DNA of 248,000 nucleotides from Hyalangium minutum. Its GTDB lineage: Bacteria; Myxococcota; Myxococcia; Myxococcales; Myxococcaceae. Made by a program: the position numbers and the translations under genes. Positions 84,401 through 95,888 of the stretch are shown piece by piece (position 1 is the first letter of the stretch; each line of letters starts with the position of its first letter). The notes beneath the pieces were generated by a model that was not told where the DNA came from, searched no databases, and saw only the letters and a list, made by a program, of their open reading frames with translations. The stretch lies in NCBI RefSeq assembly GCF_000737315.1, contig NZ_JMCB01000005.1, forward strand, positions 20,001 to 268,000, in the 5' to 3' direction.

Positions 84401-84467
84401 GTCCGGCCGCTCGCAAGGCGGCTCCGGATGGCCTTCTCTCTTCGATGGAGAGAGCGGAAGGCGGAGC

Positions 84468-86513
84468 ATGGGGCGGTCATCTCTTGCCGGGCTCGGTTTG
84501 TGTCTGGCGCTCACCCTGAATGGAATCGCGCGAGCCCAAGGGGCTCCTGACGCGAGCACTCCTGCGCCCACCGCCCCGGGCGAGCAGGCTCCCATCATTA
84601 TTGATGCGGTAGAGCCCGAGGACGCGCTCATCTCCGCTCCAGAGGTGGAGGTCCAGGCGACGCGCCCGCCCGAGCCCATGACTTCGGCCCGGCAGAGGGA
84701 CCCCAGTGGGGCGCTCACCATCATTGATACGGCGGTCTTTGGCGGAGCCGCGAAGGATGCCGCCGAGGTGCTCTCCACCTCCGCGGGCGTGCAGGTGCAG
84801 GACAGCGGCGGCTACGGGCAGAGCAAGAACCTGGTGGTGCGCGGCGCCTCGCCGAATGGCTCGCTGCTGTTGCTGGATGGCATTCCCCTGAATGGAGCGG
84901 GTGGGGTGGTGGACCTGTCTCGGGTGCCGCTGGCGATGGTGGAGCGCTTCGAGGTGCTCCGCGGGGGCGCGGGGGCGCGCTACGGCTCAGGAGGGCTGGG
85001 CGGCGTGGTGAACGTCGTCACCCGGCGGCCGGGAGAGCAGGCGCGCGTGGCGGGAGAGGCCACGTATGGAAGCTGGGGCACGCAGCTCGGCTGGCTGTCC
85101 GCGACGGGCCCGCTCGCGGGGGTGGATGCGCTGCTGCTGGTGCATGGTGGGCGCTCCGAGGGCGACTTTTCGTTCCTCTTCGACCCGAGCCCCGCGTTCC
85201 CGGGAGATGCGCTGGAGGAGCGCCGCCGGACCAACAATGACGCGCGTGGAGCGGGAGGACTGCTTCGGCTGCGGCGCACTTCGGAGCGCGGCCTCGAGGT
85301 GGACCTGCTGACCGAGCTGTTCGCGGATGACCGGGGGCTCGCAGGCACCGCGGTCAATCCGAGCCCGGACACGCGGCAGAGCACGCAGCGCGCATCGGCC
85401 AGCCTCCGCGTCTCGGGCGAGCGGGAGGGCGTGCGCGGCTCCGCGCGGGCATGGTTCCGAGGAGAGCGTCTGAGTCTGGAGGGTGGGCCTCAGGCAGTGC
85501 AGGGCTCCCAGACGCAGCGGGTGGGTGGCGTGGAGGTGGAGGCGCGGAAGCTGCTGGGCGGCTGGCATGGCCTGTCGGCGGCGGTGACCGTCACGGGCGA
85601 GGACGTGACGGACGCGGAGCTCGTCTCCGGTGAGGACTCTCGACCGAGCTGGCTGCGCGCCAGCGTCATGGTGATGGACGAGCTGGTGCTGGTGGGCGGC
85701 CAGCTGCTCGTTGCGCCGTCGATACGAGTGGAGCGCGCCGGGCCGCACACGCTGCTGTCGCCGAAGGTGGGCGCCACGCTGTCGCTGCCGTGGAGCCTGG
85801 AGCTGCGCGCCAACGCTGGGCAGGCGCACCGGGCTCCGTCCTTCCAGGAGCTGTACGTGCGCCAGGGGCTGCTGCTGCCGAACGCCGCGCTCCGCCCCGA
85901 GCGGGCGCTCTACGCGGATCTCGCGGTGGTGCATCGCACCGAGCGCTCGCTGGCCTCGGTGGGCGGCTTCTACAGTCTCTACGAGGACCTGATCGCCTAC
86001 GAGCTCTACCCGCCGTTCTCCGCCAAGCCCTTCAACTTCGCCGCCGCGAGCGTGGCCGGGCTGGAGGCCGAGGGCGAGTGGCGTCCCGCTCCGTGGGTGT
86101 CGGGCACGCTGGGCTACACGCTGCTCGTCTCGCGCAACCTCCGGGACGACGTGCGCTACTACCGCAAGGAGCTGCCGTACCGTCCGCGCCACAAGCTGAG
86201 CGCGCGCGTGTCCGGCGGTCCGCGCTGGCTCACCGGGCGCGTGGAGGTGGCCTCGCAGTCCGCGCAGTTCACCAACCGCACCGAAGAGGCCGTGTTGCCG
86301 GGGCGGACGTTCGTCCACGCGGGGGCCTCCAGCACCTTCGGGCACTCTCCCGAGCTGACCCTCTCCGTGGAGCTGAAGAACGTCTTCGACGCGCACGCCG
86401 AGGACCTCAACGGCTACCCCCTTCCAGGCCGCTCCGCTTACGTGACGCTCACGGCGGCGTTCGGTGGCACTTCCCCCAGCAGTTCCCCCTCACAAAGGAC
86501 GGAAGTTCGATGA
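84468..86513 (+). CDS. btuB: TonB-dependent cobalamin receptor
   Basis: Plug (VRGAS..LLLLDG; RFEVLRGG), barrel, riboswitch. Confidence 0.8.
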   Translation: MGRSSLAGLGLCLALTLNGIARAQGAPDASTPAPTAPGEQAPIIIDAVEPEDALISAPEVEVQATRPPEPMTSARQRDPSGALTIIDTAVFGGAAKDAAEVLSTSAGVQVQDSGGYGQSKNLVVRGASPNGSLLLLDGIPLNGAGGVVDLSRVPLAMVERFEVLRGGAGARYGSGGLGGVVNVVTRRPGEQARVAGEATYGSWGTQLGWLSATGPLAGVDALLLVHGGRSEGDFSFLFDPSPAFPGDALEERRRTNNDARGAGGLLRLRRTSERGLEVDLLTELFADDRGLAGTAVNPSPDTRQSTQRASASLRVSGEREGVRGSARAWFRGERLSLEGGPQAVQGSQTQRVGGVEVEARKLLGGWHGLSAAVTVTGEDVTDAELVSGEDSRPSWLRASVMVMDELVLVGGQLLVAPSIRVERAGPHTLLSPKVGATLSLPWSLELRANAGQAHRAPSFQELYVRQGLLLPNAALRPERALYADLAVVHRTERSLASVGGFYSLYEDLIAYELYPPFSAKPFNFAAASVAGLEAEGEWRPAPWVSGTLGYTLLVSRNLRDDVRYYRKELPYRPRHKLSARVSGGPRWLTGRVEVASQSAQFTNRTEEAVLPGRTFVHAGASSTFGHSPELTLSVELKNVFDAHAEDLNGYPLPGRSAYVTLTAAFGGTSPSSSPSQRTEVR

Positions 86514-88087
86514 GAAGTACGTTGACGGTGACAATAGTGGCCCTGGGCCTGTGGCTGAGTGGCTGTCCGGATTCCGGCGCGGAGTGCAGCGAGGGCCTGA
86601 CCCTCTGCTCCGACCAGTGCGAGGACCTCACCAGCTCCACCTCGAACTGCGGTGCGTGCGGCAACACCTGTGGGAGCGGGCAGGTGTGTTCGGAAGGAGC
86701 CTGCCGGTGCCAAGAGGGCGCCACCCTCTGTGCCGGGCAGTGCACCGTCACCGCGACCGATGCGAACAACTGCGGCGCCTGTGGTGTCTCTTGCGGCCAG
86801 GGCCGGGTGTGCGAGAGCGGCCAGTGCAAGGTGAACTGCTCCCAGGGCCTCACGCGCTGCGGGGACTCGTGCGTGGACCTCGCGAAGGACGCGGGACACT
86901 GCGGCACCTGCGAGACGGCGTGCACGGATGCGAAGAGCTGCCACTCGGGCGTGTGCACGTATGACGTCGTCGCGGCCTGCTTCAACACGGGCCAGGTGGT
87001 GGGCCTCCAGGCGGGCTCGGACCTGAAGGGCCCCAACCGGGCCATCGGCGACCACCCGCAGTCGGTGGCGCCCATGCAGGATGTGCTGCTGGTGCTCGAC
87101 ACCGCGAAGAAGCTGCGCGAGGCCCGGCTCGTGGACTACGTCTCCCTGCCGAAGGCTGCGGACACCGACGACGCGCCCAACCAGGTGCTCGTCGAGGACC
87201 CCTACGTCTACGTCCTCAACTCCTCCAGCAACACGCTGCTGGTGCTCCAGCGCAAGACGGCGCCCGGCACGCTCACCGAGGGCACACGCTTCCCGCAGGG
87301 GCTCGGGCTGGAGCCGGTGGCCCGGGTGGACTTCGGTGCCAGCTCCAACCCGTTCGCCATGGCCCGGCTCGGCACGGACCTGTGGGTCACCCTGTATGGC
87401 AACTTCTTCGGAGACCTGTCCGCCGGCGGCAAGGTGGCTCGCGTCAGCCTGGCCAATCCCGCCCAGCCGGAGCTGACCTCGCCGCTGGTCCAGCTGCCCT
87501 CGGGCGATGCGCTCCAGCCGTTCCCGGATAGAAGCCCTGTTCCCACCCCCTCGGGCATCGTCGCCCACCGCGGCTTCCTCTATGTGGCGCTCAACAACCT
87601 GGACCCGAACACCTATGGGCCCGGCGGCCCCGGCCTCGTCGCGAAGATCGATCCGCAGACCCGCGAGGTGAAGTACCTCCCGCTCGGGGACGGGTGCCTC
87701 AACGCGGGCTGGCTTGCCCCCGTGGGGAACAAGCTGGTGGTGAGCTGCGCGGGCGAGGCCACCTATGACGCCAGCTACAACCTCACCGCCGTGAAGAAGT
87801 CGTCCCTGGTGCTGCTGGATGAGCAGGACGCCGCCGTCTCCACCTGGGCCCTCGCGTGCCCCGAGTCGAGCACCTCCTGCGCGCTGCCCTCCGCTGGCCG
87901 CTTCGCCGTGGTGGGTAACCGCATCTACCTGGGTGACAACAACGCGGGCCGCATCTTCGTCGTCGACGTCACCGGGAACACGCTCACCGAGGTGCGCGGC
88001 CTCAGTGGCCAGAAGCAGCCCCCTATCCCCGCCTGCCAGCGCGAGTCCGGCTTCTCCCTCGTGGGAGACGTCGTCGCCATTCCGTAG
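86510..88087 (+). CDS. Cys-rich (MXAN_6577-like) lipoprotein with beta-propeller
   Basis: LSGC lipobox; repeats of NCGACG..C. Confidence 0.75.
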   Translation: MRSTLTVTIVALGLWLSGCPDSGAECSEGLTLCSDQCEDLTSSTSNCGACGNTCGSGQVCSEGACRCQEGATLCAGQCTVTATDANNCGACGVSCGQGRVCESGQCKVNCSQGLTRCGDSCVDLAKDAGHCGTCETACTDAKSCHSGVCTYDVVAACFNTGQVVGLQAGSDLKGPNRAIGDHPQSVAPMQDVLLVLDTAKKLREARLVDYVSLPKAADTDDAPNQVLVEDPYVYVLNSSSNTLLVLQRKTAPGTLTEGTRFPQGLGLEPVARVDFGASSNPFAMARLGTDLWVTLYGNFFGDLSAGGKVARVSLANPAQPELTSPLVQLPSGDALQPFPDRSPVPTPSGIVAHRGFLYVALNNLDPNTYGPGGPGLVAKIDPQTREVKYLPLGDGCLNAGWLAPVGNKLVVSCAGEATYDASYNLTAVKKSSLVLLDEQDAAVSTWALACPESSTSCALPSAGRFAVVGNRIYLGDNNAGRIFVVDVTGNTLTEVRGLSGQKQPPIPACQRESGFSLVGDVVAIP

Positions 88088-88099
88088 GAGACTGCCCTC

Positions 88100-88963
88100 A
88101 TGAGAGTCCGCCTCACTCCGTTGCTCCTGCTCGCCGCGCTGGTCTTCTCCGGCGTGGCGGGCGCCGCCGATGCGCAGCCTGGGCCCCGGTGGCTGGGACC
88201 GAAGAAGCCCGCGAAGGTGCAGCGCGTGGTGACGCTGGCTCCGTCCCTCTCGGAGATGGTGATCGCCCTGGGGGCGGGCAGCTCTCTGGTGGGGGTGTCC
88301 CGCTTCGACACGGACAAGAGCGTGGAGAAGCTGCCCCGCGTGGGCGGCTTCGTGGATCCGTCCGTGGAGGCCGTCATCGCGCTCAAGCCGGACGTGGTGC
88401 TCGTCCAGCCGGGCCCTGGCAACCAGCGGCCCGTGGAGCGCATGGCCGAGCTCGGCGTCCCCGTGCTCCTGCTGCCCCTGCACACCGTGGCGGACACGCT
88501 CGCCGCCTTGCGTGCGGTGGGGCAGGCGCTCAGCCGCGTCCAGGAGGCCGACGCGCTCGTCTCCCGCATCGAGGCCATCCGGTCCCGCATCCGCGAGGCG
88601 GCGAAGAAGCTGCCCACGCCGCGTGTGCTGCTTGCCTATGGCTTCGAGCCACTGGTGGTCGCTGGGCCAGGCTCCTTCGCGGACGAGCTGCTGCGCGACG
88701 CCGGGGCCGTGAACGTCGCGGCGGATGCAGGCTCCGCCTACCCCGTCTATTCGGTGGAGCGCGCGGTGCGGGCCAAGCCTGACGTGGTGGTGGATGCGGC
88801 GGATGTGGACGTGGGCAAGGAGAAGATCCAGGCTCTGCCCGGGCTGTCCGCCGCGCGCTGGGTAGAGGTGCCATCCTTCGCGCTGCTGCAGCCTGGGCCC
88901 TCGCTGGGAAAGGGCCTCGAAGAGTTGTTCGGGCTGTTGCATCCGGGCGTCCAGGTCCGCTAG
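88100..88963 (+). CDS. btuF: cobalamin ABC substrate-binding protein
   Basis: RVVTLAPSLSE; GPGSF. Confidence 0.8.
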   Translation: MRVRLTPLLLLAALVFSGVAGAADAQPGPRWLGPKKPAKVQRVVTLAPSLSEMVIALGAGSSLVGVSRFDTDKSVEKLPRVGGFVDPSVEAVIALKPDVVLVQPGPGNQRPVERMAELGVPVLLLPLHTVADTLAALRAVGQALSRVQEADALVSRIEAIRSRIREAAKKLPTPRVLLAYGFEPLVVAGPGSFADELLRDAGAVNVAADAGSAYPVYSVERAVRAKPDVVVDAADVDVGKEKIQALPGLSAARWVEVPSFALLQPGPSLGKGLEELFGLLHPGVQVR

Positions 88964-88976
88964 CGGAGGAGAGGGA

Positions 88977-90044
88977 GTGACACGGCAGGGAAGGAGGCTG
89001 AGCGCCTCGCGGGTCCTCGGCCTGGGTGCCGCGGGCCTTGTGCTGTTGGCCGTCGCCTTCGCTATCGCCGTCCGCTTTGGCGAGCAGCCCATCTCCCTCT
89101 CCGCTGCGCTCGGCGATCCGCAGTCGAGCGACGCCGTCATCTTCTGGTCCCTGCGTCTGCCCCGCGCCCTGCTGGGCATCATCGTCGGCGCGGGGCTCGC
89201 GGCATCCGGAACCACGCTCCAGGGTCTGCTGCGCAACCCGCTGGCGGATCCGTTCGTGCTCGGCGTCTCCGGTGGTGCCGCCCTGGGCGCTACGCTCGCG
89301 CTGGCGTTGGGGCTGGCCACGGTGGGGCAGGTGGCCCCGGGGCTGTTCGGCGGGCTCTCGCGGCTCTCGGGGCCCGCGCTCCTGGCATTCGCCGGTGCGG
89401 GAGGCTCCGTGCTCTTCGTTCTCGCCGCCAGCCGGGGCCACTCCTCGCGGGCGCCTTATGCCGCGCTGCTCACGGGCGTGGTCTTCAACGCGTTCGCCTC
89501 CGCCGCCATCACGCTCATCAAGACGCTGTCCGCCCCGGATCGCCTGGGAGAGATTCTCTACTGGCTGGCGGGCTCGCTCGGTTACGAGCGCGGTGCCACG
89601 CTGGGGCTGGCCGCGCTGCTCCAGCTCGCCGCCATCGCGGTGATGGTGGCGCTCTCCGGACGGCTCAACTTGATGATGCTCGGGGACGAGGATGCCGCGG
89701 CCCTGGGAGTTCCCGTGGCCCGCACGCGGCGCCTGTTGCTGCTGGCCACCAGCGCGAGCGTCGCCGGAGCCGTGGCCCTCACGGGCTTGATTGGCTTCGT
89801 GGGCCTCATCGTGCCGCACGTGCTGCGACTGGCCTTCGGGCCGGATCAGCGGCTGCTCGTCCCGCTCTCCGCGCTGGGAGGCGCCGCGTTCCTGGTGCTG
89901 GCGGACGTGCTGGCGCGGGTGTCCTTCGCTTTCTTCGGCAACGAGCTGCCCGTTGGCGTCATCACGGCTCTGCTCGGCGGCCCCCTCTTCATTGCCCTGC
90001 TGTACCGGCGGGGCGGCGCCCCACGAGCAGAGGGCCGGGGGTGA
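88977..90044 (+). CDS. btuC: FecCD-type permease
   Basis: LRLPR, RNPLADPFVLG, GFVGLIVPH. Confidence 0.85.
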   Translation: MTRQGRRLSASRVLGLGAAGLVLLAVAFAIAVRFGEQPISLSAALGDPQSSDAVIFWSLRLPRALLGIIVGAGLAASGTTLQGLLRNPLADPFVLGVSGGAALGATLALALGLATVGQVAPGLFGGLSRLSGPALLAFAGAGGSVLFVLAASRGHSSRAPYAALLTGVVFNAFASAAITLIKTLSAPDRLGEILYWLAGSLGYERGATLGLAALLQLAAIAVMVALSGRLNLMMLGDEDAAALGVPVARTRRLLLLATSASVAGAVALTGLIGFVGLIVPHVLRLAFGPDQRLLVPLSALGGAAFLVLADVLARVSFAFFGNELPVGVITALLGGPLFIALLYRRGGAPRAEGRG

Positions 90045-90047
90045 CAC

Positions 90048-91139
90048 TCACATGGCCGCTAATGAGGGCTGTCCCTCGCGCGTGAACTCTTCAATCTCCG
90101 CCATGCACCGGCGGGTCTCGTGCTCGGTGAGGAAGACGCGCAGCGCCTCGCGGATGGAGGGCATGGCCTGGATGAGTGTTCCCACGTTCAGGTGCTCGGG
90201 GTCCACGTTGGCCCGGCGGCAGGCGCGCGTGATGGTCGTGGCGGCGATCACCGGCGACAGGCCGCTGCACGCCACCACCCGATCAAAGAGCCGGCCCGGG
90301 GCAGCGCTGGCCATCGAGGAGCGGGGCATGGCATGCCGGGGGGGCTCGTCCTCCGCGGCGCGCCGCCGCAGCAGGTTGCGCACCTGCGCGCGCAGCAGCG
90401 TCATGTCGCTCGCCTTGGGGCAGAACGCATCCACCCCCGCCGCGAGCGCCTCCGCCATCTTCTGGCTCTCGAAGAGCGCGGTGAACATCAGCAGCGGCAC
90501 CGTGGCCATCTTCGGATCCGCGCGGATGATGCGCGCCGCCGCGATGCCATCCATCCGCGGCAGCACCAGGTCCATCAGGATGCAGTCCACCGGCTGCGCC
90601 TTCAGCAGCGAGAGCGCCTCCTCGGCCGAGACCGCGGCGATGAGGTCATGCCCGTCCTTGCGCAGCTCCTCCACCACGGCATGGAGGAAGGTGGGGCTGT
90701 CATCCACCACCAGCACCCGGCGGCGGCGCGCGGCGGCCACCAGCTTCGGCTCCAGGTCCATCGTGGTGGAGCGCGCCCGCGTCAGCTCCCGGGCCCGCTT
90801 CACCACCAGGGCCGGATCGTACGGCTTGCCCACGTAGTCGTTGGCCCCGCCGCTCAGGCCTCGGAGCCGGGCCTTCACGGCCGCCTCCGCGGAGAGCACG
90901 AGCACGGGCACATGGGCCGTGCGCTCCTCGGCGCGAAGCTGGATGAGCAGCTCCACGCCGTCTCCATCCTGGAGGATGACGTCGAGGATGATCAGATCGA
91001 CCCACTCCTCGGAGAGCGCCTTGCGCGCTGCCGCGATGCCTCCACACACCAGGGTATTGAAGCCCGCGGCGCTGAGTACCCCGCGGAGATCCGCTCGCAC
91101 AGTCGCGCTGTCATCGACGATGAGCACACTGGGTTTCAT
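90048..91139 (-). CDS. double receiver-domain response regulator
   Basis: Two REC domains. Confidence 0.85.
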   Translation of the reverse strand: MKPSVLIVDDSATVRADLRGVLSAAGFNTLVCGGIAAARKALSEEWVDLIILDVILQDGDGVELLIQLRAEERTAHVPVLVLSAEAAVKARLRGLSGGANDYVGKPYDPALVVKRARELTRARSTTMDLEPKLVAAARRRRVLVVDDSPTFLHAVVEELRKDGHDLIAAVSAEEALSLLKAQPVDCILMDLVLPRMDGIAAARIIRADPKMATVPLLMFTALFESQKMAEALAAGVDAFCPKASDMTLLRAQVRNLLRRRAAEDEPPRHAMPRSSMASAAPGRLFDRVVACSGLSPVIAATTITRACRRANVDPEHLNVGTLIQAMPSIREALRVFLTEHETRRCMAEIEEFTREGQPSLAAM

Positions 91140-91786
91140 GCTGGCCTTCCTTTCACTGCCGTGCGCGCGAGTGCCGCCAGGCACCCGGGCAGATCCTGCA
91201 ACCCGACGACGTGTTGGACCGCGCCCAGCCGGATGGCCTCGCACGGCATTCCAAAGACGGCGGAGCTGGCCTCGTCCTGAGCCAGCGTTGTTGCGCCCAC
91301 CTTCTGGAGCGCCTGAAGCCCCTGGGCTCCGTCCCGCCCCATCCCCGTCAGCAGGCAGCCAATGGCGTACGGCCCAAGCTGCTGCGCGGCCGACTCGAAG
91401 AGCACATCCACCGAGGGACGGCACGAGTGCCGCTCCGGCTCGTCCGTCAGCCACAGCCGGCCGCTGTGCATCCGCAGGTGCCGGTTGGCCCGTGCCATCA
91501 CCACCTGAGGAAGGCCCACCGGTGGCAGTGGCTCTCCGTCCACCGCCTGGCGCACGGGGAAGGGCGCGTCCTTGCCCAGCAACTCTATCAGCGTGTTCTC
91601 GAAGGACTCGGAGAGGTGGAGCACCAGGAAGATGGGCAGAGAGAAGTCTCGAGGCAGTCCCCGGATCAACTGCCGCACGGCCGTGGGGCCGCCGGTGGAG
91701 CCGCCCATCACGACCGCACGCGGAGCTCGCGCCGGAGCGGGCAGGAGCGGCGGCCTCGAAGGCCTGGGGAGAGTGAGCGATGTCAT
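91136..91786 (-). CDS. cheB: chemotaxis methylesterase lacking receiver domain
   Basis: GGSTGG, VLHL, LTGMGRDG. Confidence 0.88.
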   Translation of the reverse strand: MTSLTLPRPSRPPLLPAPARAPRAVVMGGSTGGPTAVRQLIRGLPRDFSLPIFLVLHLSESFENTLIELLGKDAPFPVRQAVDGEPLPPVGLPQVVMARANRHLRMHSGRLWLTDEPERHSCRPSVDVLFESAAQQLGPYAIGCLLTGMGRDGAQGLQALQKVGATTLAQDEASSAVFGMPCEAIRLGAVQHVVGLQDLPGCLAALARTAVKGRPA

Positions 91787-93861
91787 GGAGCAGTCCTCCG
91801 CTCTTCCGGCCCGCCGGAGAGGCGCGCCACGGTGTCGAGGAAGCCCTGTTGATCAAACTCGCCCTTGACGATGTACGCCGAGACCCCCACCTCTTTCCCG
91901 CGTCTCCGGGCTTCCTCGGTTCCCAGGGATGACACCATGATCACGGGCAGCGCCGCCAGTGAGGGGTGGGCCCGCAGTCTTCGGGTGAACTCCAGCCCGC
92001 TCATGCCCGGCATCTCCACATCCACGATGATGAGCGCTGGAGGGCTCTTGAGCACCTGCTCCATGCCCTCCTCGCCGGAGGCCGCCAGCGCCACGGCGTA
92101 GCCCGCGGACTCGAGGATGCTCTGCTCCAGCATCCGCGTCGTCACCGAGTCGTCGATGACGAGGATGCTGCGGCGGCGCATGGTGCGAGGCGCGGCCGGG
92201 AGTGCCGAGCCCTGGCGGACGCGCTGGGCCAGCCCCACCGCGTCCAGCACGAGCACGGGCTCGCCCTGGGCATCGAAGCTGGCGCCGGCCACCAGCGGCA
92301 GCGCGGGAACGGAGGGCGGCAGCGGCTTCACCACCACGCGGCGGATGCCGTACATCCGGTCCAGGCCCACCGCCACCTGCTCCGCGCCCTGGCCGAGCAC
92401 TGCCACCGACCACGGCCGGTTGCGCGCCTCCTCGGCTCGCCCCAGCACCGTCACCAGGGGGAGGAAGGGCACGGCCTGGCCCTCGTGGACGAAGGTGGCG
92501 TGGGCGCCCGTCCAGGTAAAGGACTCTGGGGGCAGGCGCACCGAGGCCGTCAGTGCATCCAGCGGCAGCAGCAGCCGCTGGCCGCCCGCCTCGGCCTCCA
92601 GCACCTCCTGCGAGATGAGGGAGACGGGCACCTCCAGCGTGAAGCGAGTGCCCAGGCCAGGCCGGCTGGTGGCGCTGGCTACGCCCTTCAGCTCGCGCGC
92701 CGTCTCCCGCAGCACATCCAGCCCCACTCCGCGGCCGGACACGTCCGTCACTTCGGAGGCCGTGCTGAAGCCCGCGCGGAAGAGCAGCTCCAGCAGGGCC
92801 TGCTCGTCGAGCGTCTCGGCCTCTCCCTCCGTGACGAGCCCGTGCTCCACTGCCGCTTGACGCACCCGCGCGAGGTCCACGCCGCGGCCATCGTCCTCGC
92901 AGGAGAAGCGCACCCGGGCGCCGCAGCGCTCCACGCGCACGCAGAGGCGGCCCTGCACCGGCTTGCCCAGCGAGAGCCGCTCCTCGGGCTCCTCCAGCCC
93001 ATGGTCCACCGCGTTGCGCACCACGTGGAGCAGCGCCTGGCGCACCGCCGCCAGCACGTGCCCATCCAGCCTCACGTCCTCGCCCTCGAGCTCGAAGGAG
93101 ACGCGCTTGCCCAGCGAGGCCGCGGCCTCGTGCGCCGCCAGCTCCAGCGGCTGGGCGAGGGAGGAGGCGGGAACCAGCCGCAGCGCATGGCTGGCATCGC
93201 GCAGCCGCGTCAGCTCGTTCTCCGCCTTGCCCAGCCCACCATCCAGCCAGCGCCCCGCCCGGGAGAGCGCGCTGTGGAGCGCATCGGCCACCGCCAGCGT
93301 GCGGGAGAGCCACCGGGCGTGCTCGGCGGGCGAGGCGCTCGAAGCCGCGGGGGCGGTGAGCAGCTCCAGCAACCCTTGCGAGGCCCGCCGCGCCTGCCCT
93401 ACCGCCTCCACCGACTGCCGCAGCCCACCAAGCTGCACCACCGCCTCCGCCACCCCATCCAGCAGCTCGTCCAGCGCCGCCAGCTCCACGCGCACCGTCT
93501 CCCTCGCGGGCGCGGAGGGAGCGGCCTCCGGGGTGCTCGGCGCGGGAGACCCCACCGCCTCCAGCACCCCACGCATCTGCCCCACCAGCTTGAGGAACTC
93601 CCCCACACTCTCGCGCGGCAGCGGCGCGCCCTGCGCGCGGTAGGGCGCGAGCGCGTCCTCCAGCGCGTGGGCCATCTCCGCCAGCTGGGCCTGCTTCACC
93701 ACCTGCGCGGCGCCCTTGAGCGTGTGCGCCCAGCGGAACAGCTGCGGCACCACCTGCGGATCCTCGCCACCTTCCTGCAGGGAAACGAAGCCCTGGCTGA
93801 GCTGCTCCAGCAGCTCGCGGGCCTCGACCTGGAAGTGGCTGAAGACGCCGGGAGGGTTCAT
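91783..93861 (-). CDS. cheA: hybrid CheA (Hpt-HATPase-CheW-REC)
   Basis: AHTLKG, RNAVDHG, GRGVGLD. Confidence 0.9.
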   Translation of the reverse strand: MNPPGVFSHFQVEARELLEQLSQGFVSLQEGGEDPQVVPQLFRWAHTLKGAAQVVKQAQLAEMAHALEDALAPYRAQGAPLPRESVGEFLKLVGQMRGVLEAVGSPAPSTPEAAPSAPARETVRVELAALDELLDGVAEAVVQLGGLRQSVEAVGQARRASQGLLELLTAPAASSASPAEHARWLSRTLAVADALHSALSRAGRWLDGGLGKAENELTRLRDASHALRLVPASSLAQPLELAAHEAAASLGKRVSFELEGEDVRLDGHVLAAVRQALLHVVRNAVDHGLEEPEERLSLGKPVQGRLCVRVERCGARVRFSCEDDGRGVDLARVRQAAVEHGLVTEGEAETLDEQALLELLFRAGFSTASEVTDVSGRGVGLDVLRETARELKGVASATSRPGLGTRFTLEVPVSLISQEVLEAEAGGQRLLLPLDALTASVRLPPESFTWTGAHATFVHEGQAVPFLPLVTVLGRAEEARNRPWSVAVLGQGAEQVAVGLDRMYGIRRVVVKPLPPSVPALPLVAGASFDAQGEPVLVLDAVGLAQRVRQGSALPAAPRTMRRRSILVIDDSVTTRMLEQSILESAGYAVALAASGEEGMEQVLKSPPALIIVDVEMPGMSGLEFTRRLRAHPSLAALPVIMVSSLGTEEARRRGKEVGVSAYIVKGEFDQQGFLDTVARLSGGPEERRTAP

Positions 93862-95336
93862 CTCGCGTTCGTGTGCCGGGCATCCACCAGCGTCGCGAGC
93901 TGGCGGGAGAGTTGGATGAGGTGCGTGGAGGTCTGCAACGTTTGAGAAGAACTCACCTCCGTCTGCTTGGCGGTGACGGCCACCTGCTGAATGGCGGCGC
94001 TCACCTGCTCCACCGCCGAGGTCTGCTGCTGGGTGCTCAGCTCAATCTGCCGCGCCACGTCCAGGTTGGCGCTCGTCAGCTCGGAGATGCGCCGGAAGGT
94101 GCCGGCCACTTCGGCGAACTGCCGGGCGCCGTTCTGCACCGCCTTGGAGCCATCCTCGGTGGCCATGATGGTGGTGTTGGCTGCCGCGCGGACCTCGTCG
94201 ATGAGGGTGCGCACATCCTTGGTGGAGACGCCCACCCGGTCCGCCAGCTTGCGAATCTCCTCGGCCACCACCGCGAAGCGCCGCCCGTGCTCGCCCGCGC
94301 CCGCGCTCTCGATGGTGGCGTTGATGGCGAGGATGTTCGTCTGCTCGGCCAGCTCGTTGATGATGTCCAGGATGCCGCCGATCTGCTGGGTGCGCTTGCC
94401 CAGGTCCAGCATGTGGCTGACGATGACGTCCACCTGGCGGCGCACCGACTCGATGGCCTCCTGGGCCCGGTCCACCGTCTGCACGCCCTGGCCGGTGGCG
94501 TTGGCCGTCTCGTCCGCGGCCAGGGATACCTGCTGCGCGCTGCCGGCGATCTGCCGGAACGTGGAGAGCAGCTCCTTGACGGTGGTGGAGACCTCCGTGG
94601 TGGCCGAGGCCTGCTCGCGCGCGCCCGCGGCCTGCTGCGTGGCGGCCGCCTGCAGCTCCGTGGAGGAGCTCTGCACGTGCTCCACCGCCAGGCCGATCTG
94701 CCGCCGCAGCCCGCGGGTGATGTAGACGCCCGCGCCGATGATGACGATGATCAGCGCGCCCACGCCCAGCTCCGACAGCAGGGTGAGGAAGTGGGCCTCC
94801 TCCTGGGCCACGCGGTCGCGCTCCTGGAGCAGGTTCTGCTCCACGGACACCATCTCGGCGACCCGGGAGCGCAGATCCCGGATGGTCTCCCGCGTCTTCG
94901 GGGTGAGGATGAGCGACTGGGTGGTCTCGAAGCCGTGCTCGCGGCGCGTGGCGATGACGGTGCGCATCTCCTCTATCCGGGCCTCGAGGCCGGGCCGCAG
95001 CGACGCCAGCCGGCGCATCTGCTCGGGGTCGTCCATGAGCAGCCGGCTCAGATCATCCATGGCCTTGCGCAGGTCCGCTTCGCCCTCCACGAAGGTATCC
95101 AGCGAGGACTCCTGCCCGGTGATGACGAAGCCACGCGTCCCCATCTCCGCCGCTCGCATGTTGGAAGGGATGGCTTCCAGCCGTCCGATCACCTGATAGG
95201 TGTGGGCCACGCGCTGGCTGGACTCCAGGAACCGGCGGTTGGCCATCAGCCCCACGATGGCGAGAGGGATCATGATGAGCATGACCGCGGCATACCCGGC
95301 GGCGATCTGCTGGCCGACCGTCAACTTCCGACGCAT
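93858..95336 (-). CDS. methyl-accepting chemotaxis protein (CHASE3)
   Basis: [28 protein letters not shown]. Confidence 0.9.
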   Translation of the reverse strand: MRRKLTVGQQIAAGYAAVMLIMIPLAIVGLMANRRFLESSQRVAHTYQVIGRLEAIPSNMRAAEMGTRGFVITGQESSLDTFVEGEADLRKAMDDLSRLLMDDPEQMRRLASLRPGLEARIEEMRTVIATRREHGFETTQSLILTPKTRETIRDLRSRVAEMVSVEQNLLQERDRVAQEEAHFLTLLSELGVGALIIVIIGAGVYITRGLRRQIGLAVEHVQSSSTELQAAATQQAAGAREQASATTEVSTTVKELLSTFRQIAGSAQQVSLAADETANATGQGVQTVDRAQEAIESVRRQVDVIVSHMLDLGKRTQQIGGILDIINELAEQTNILAINATIESAGAGEHGRRFAVVAEEIRKLADRVGVSTKDVRTLIDEVRAAANTTIMATEDGSKAVQNGARQFAEVAGTFRRISELTSANLDVARQIELSTQQQTSAVEQVSAAIQQVAVTAKQTEVSSSQTLQTSTHLIQLSRQLATLVDARHTNAR

Positions 95337-95339
95337 GAA

Positions 95340-95888
95340 CTACCTCTCAATTCGCGGAGCTTGGGCTCCGTCCAGCAAGTCCTTCACCAACGAAGCCATA
95401 TCGAGCACGGGCAGTGGCGGCTCCCCGGGCCGCAGCACGGCGGAGCTCAAGTAGGGCCGGGGCGCGGCGCCCGCGTGGGGCCGCAGTTGCCCGGGAGGGA
95501 CGCGGAGCTGGCCCTCGAAGCCTCCCGCGGCCAGCCCCACGCGCTGCGAGGCATCTCCCAGCAGCAGCCAGCGCGGAGGCTCGTCCAGGGGCAGCCCGAG
95601 GCACGTCGCCAGCGAGTGCACCGCCACGAGCTGCCCGCGCAGGCCCACCACCCCCAGCAACCCGGGAGGGCTGTCCGGCAGGGCCACGACGCGGGCCAGG
95701 GCGTGGAGGCCCTTGAGTTGGTTCAGGGGCACCGCCAGCACCGTTCCGCCCACGCTCAGGCGCAGCAGGACCTCCCGGTGGGCCTCCGCGAGGACGGCGG
95801 GACGCGCGAAGGAGGCGTCGAACTCCGATTTCAGCTCAGCCAGCCGCTGCGAGAGTTCCTCGTGGCTCTTCATGGGCCCTCCGAGCAC
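95340..95888 (-). CDS. cheW: CheW
   Basis: GVVGLRG. Confidence 0.8.
   Translation of the reverse strand: MLGGPMKSHEELSQRLAELKSEFDASFARPAVLAEAHREVLLRLSVGGTVLAVPLNQLKGLHALARVVALPDSPPGLLGVVGLRGQLVAVHSLATCLGLPLDEPPRWLLLGDASQRVGLAAGGFEGQLRVPPGQLRPHAGAAPRPYLSSAVLRPGEPPLPVLDMASLVKDLLDGAQAPRIER

Noticed and set aside
90018-90030. CCCCACGAG match between the btuC end and ~134632 as att sites of the accessory block
   Set aside because: Only about 9 bp in GC-rich DNA, expected by chance.
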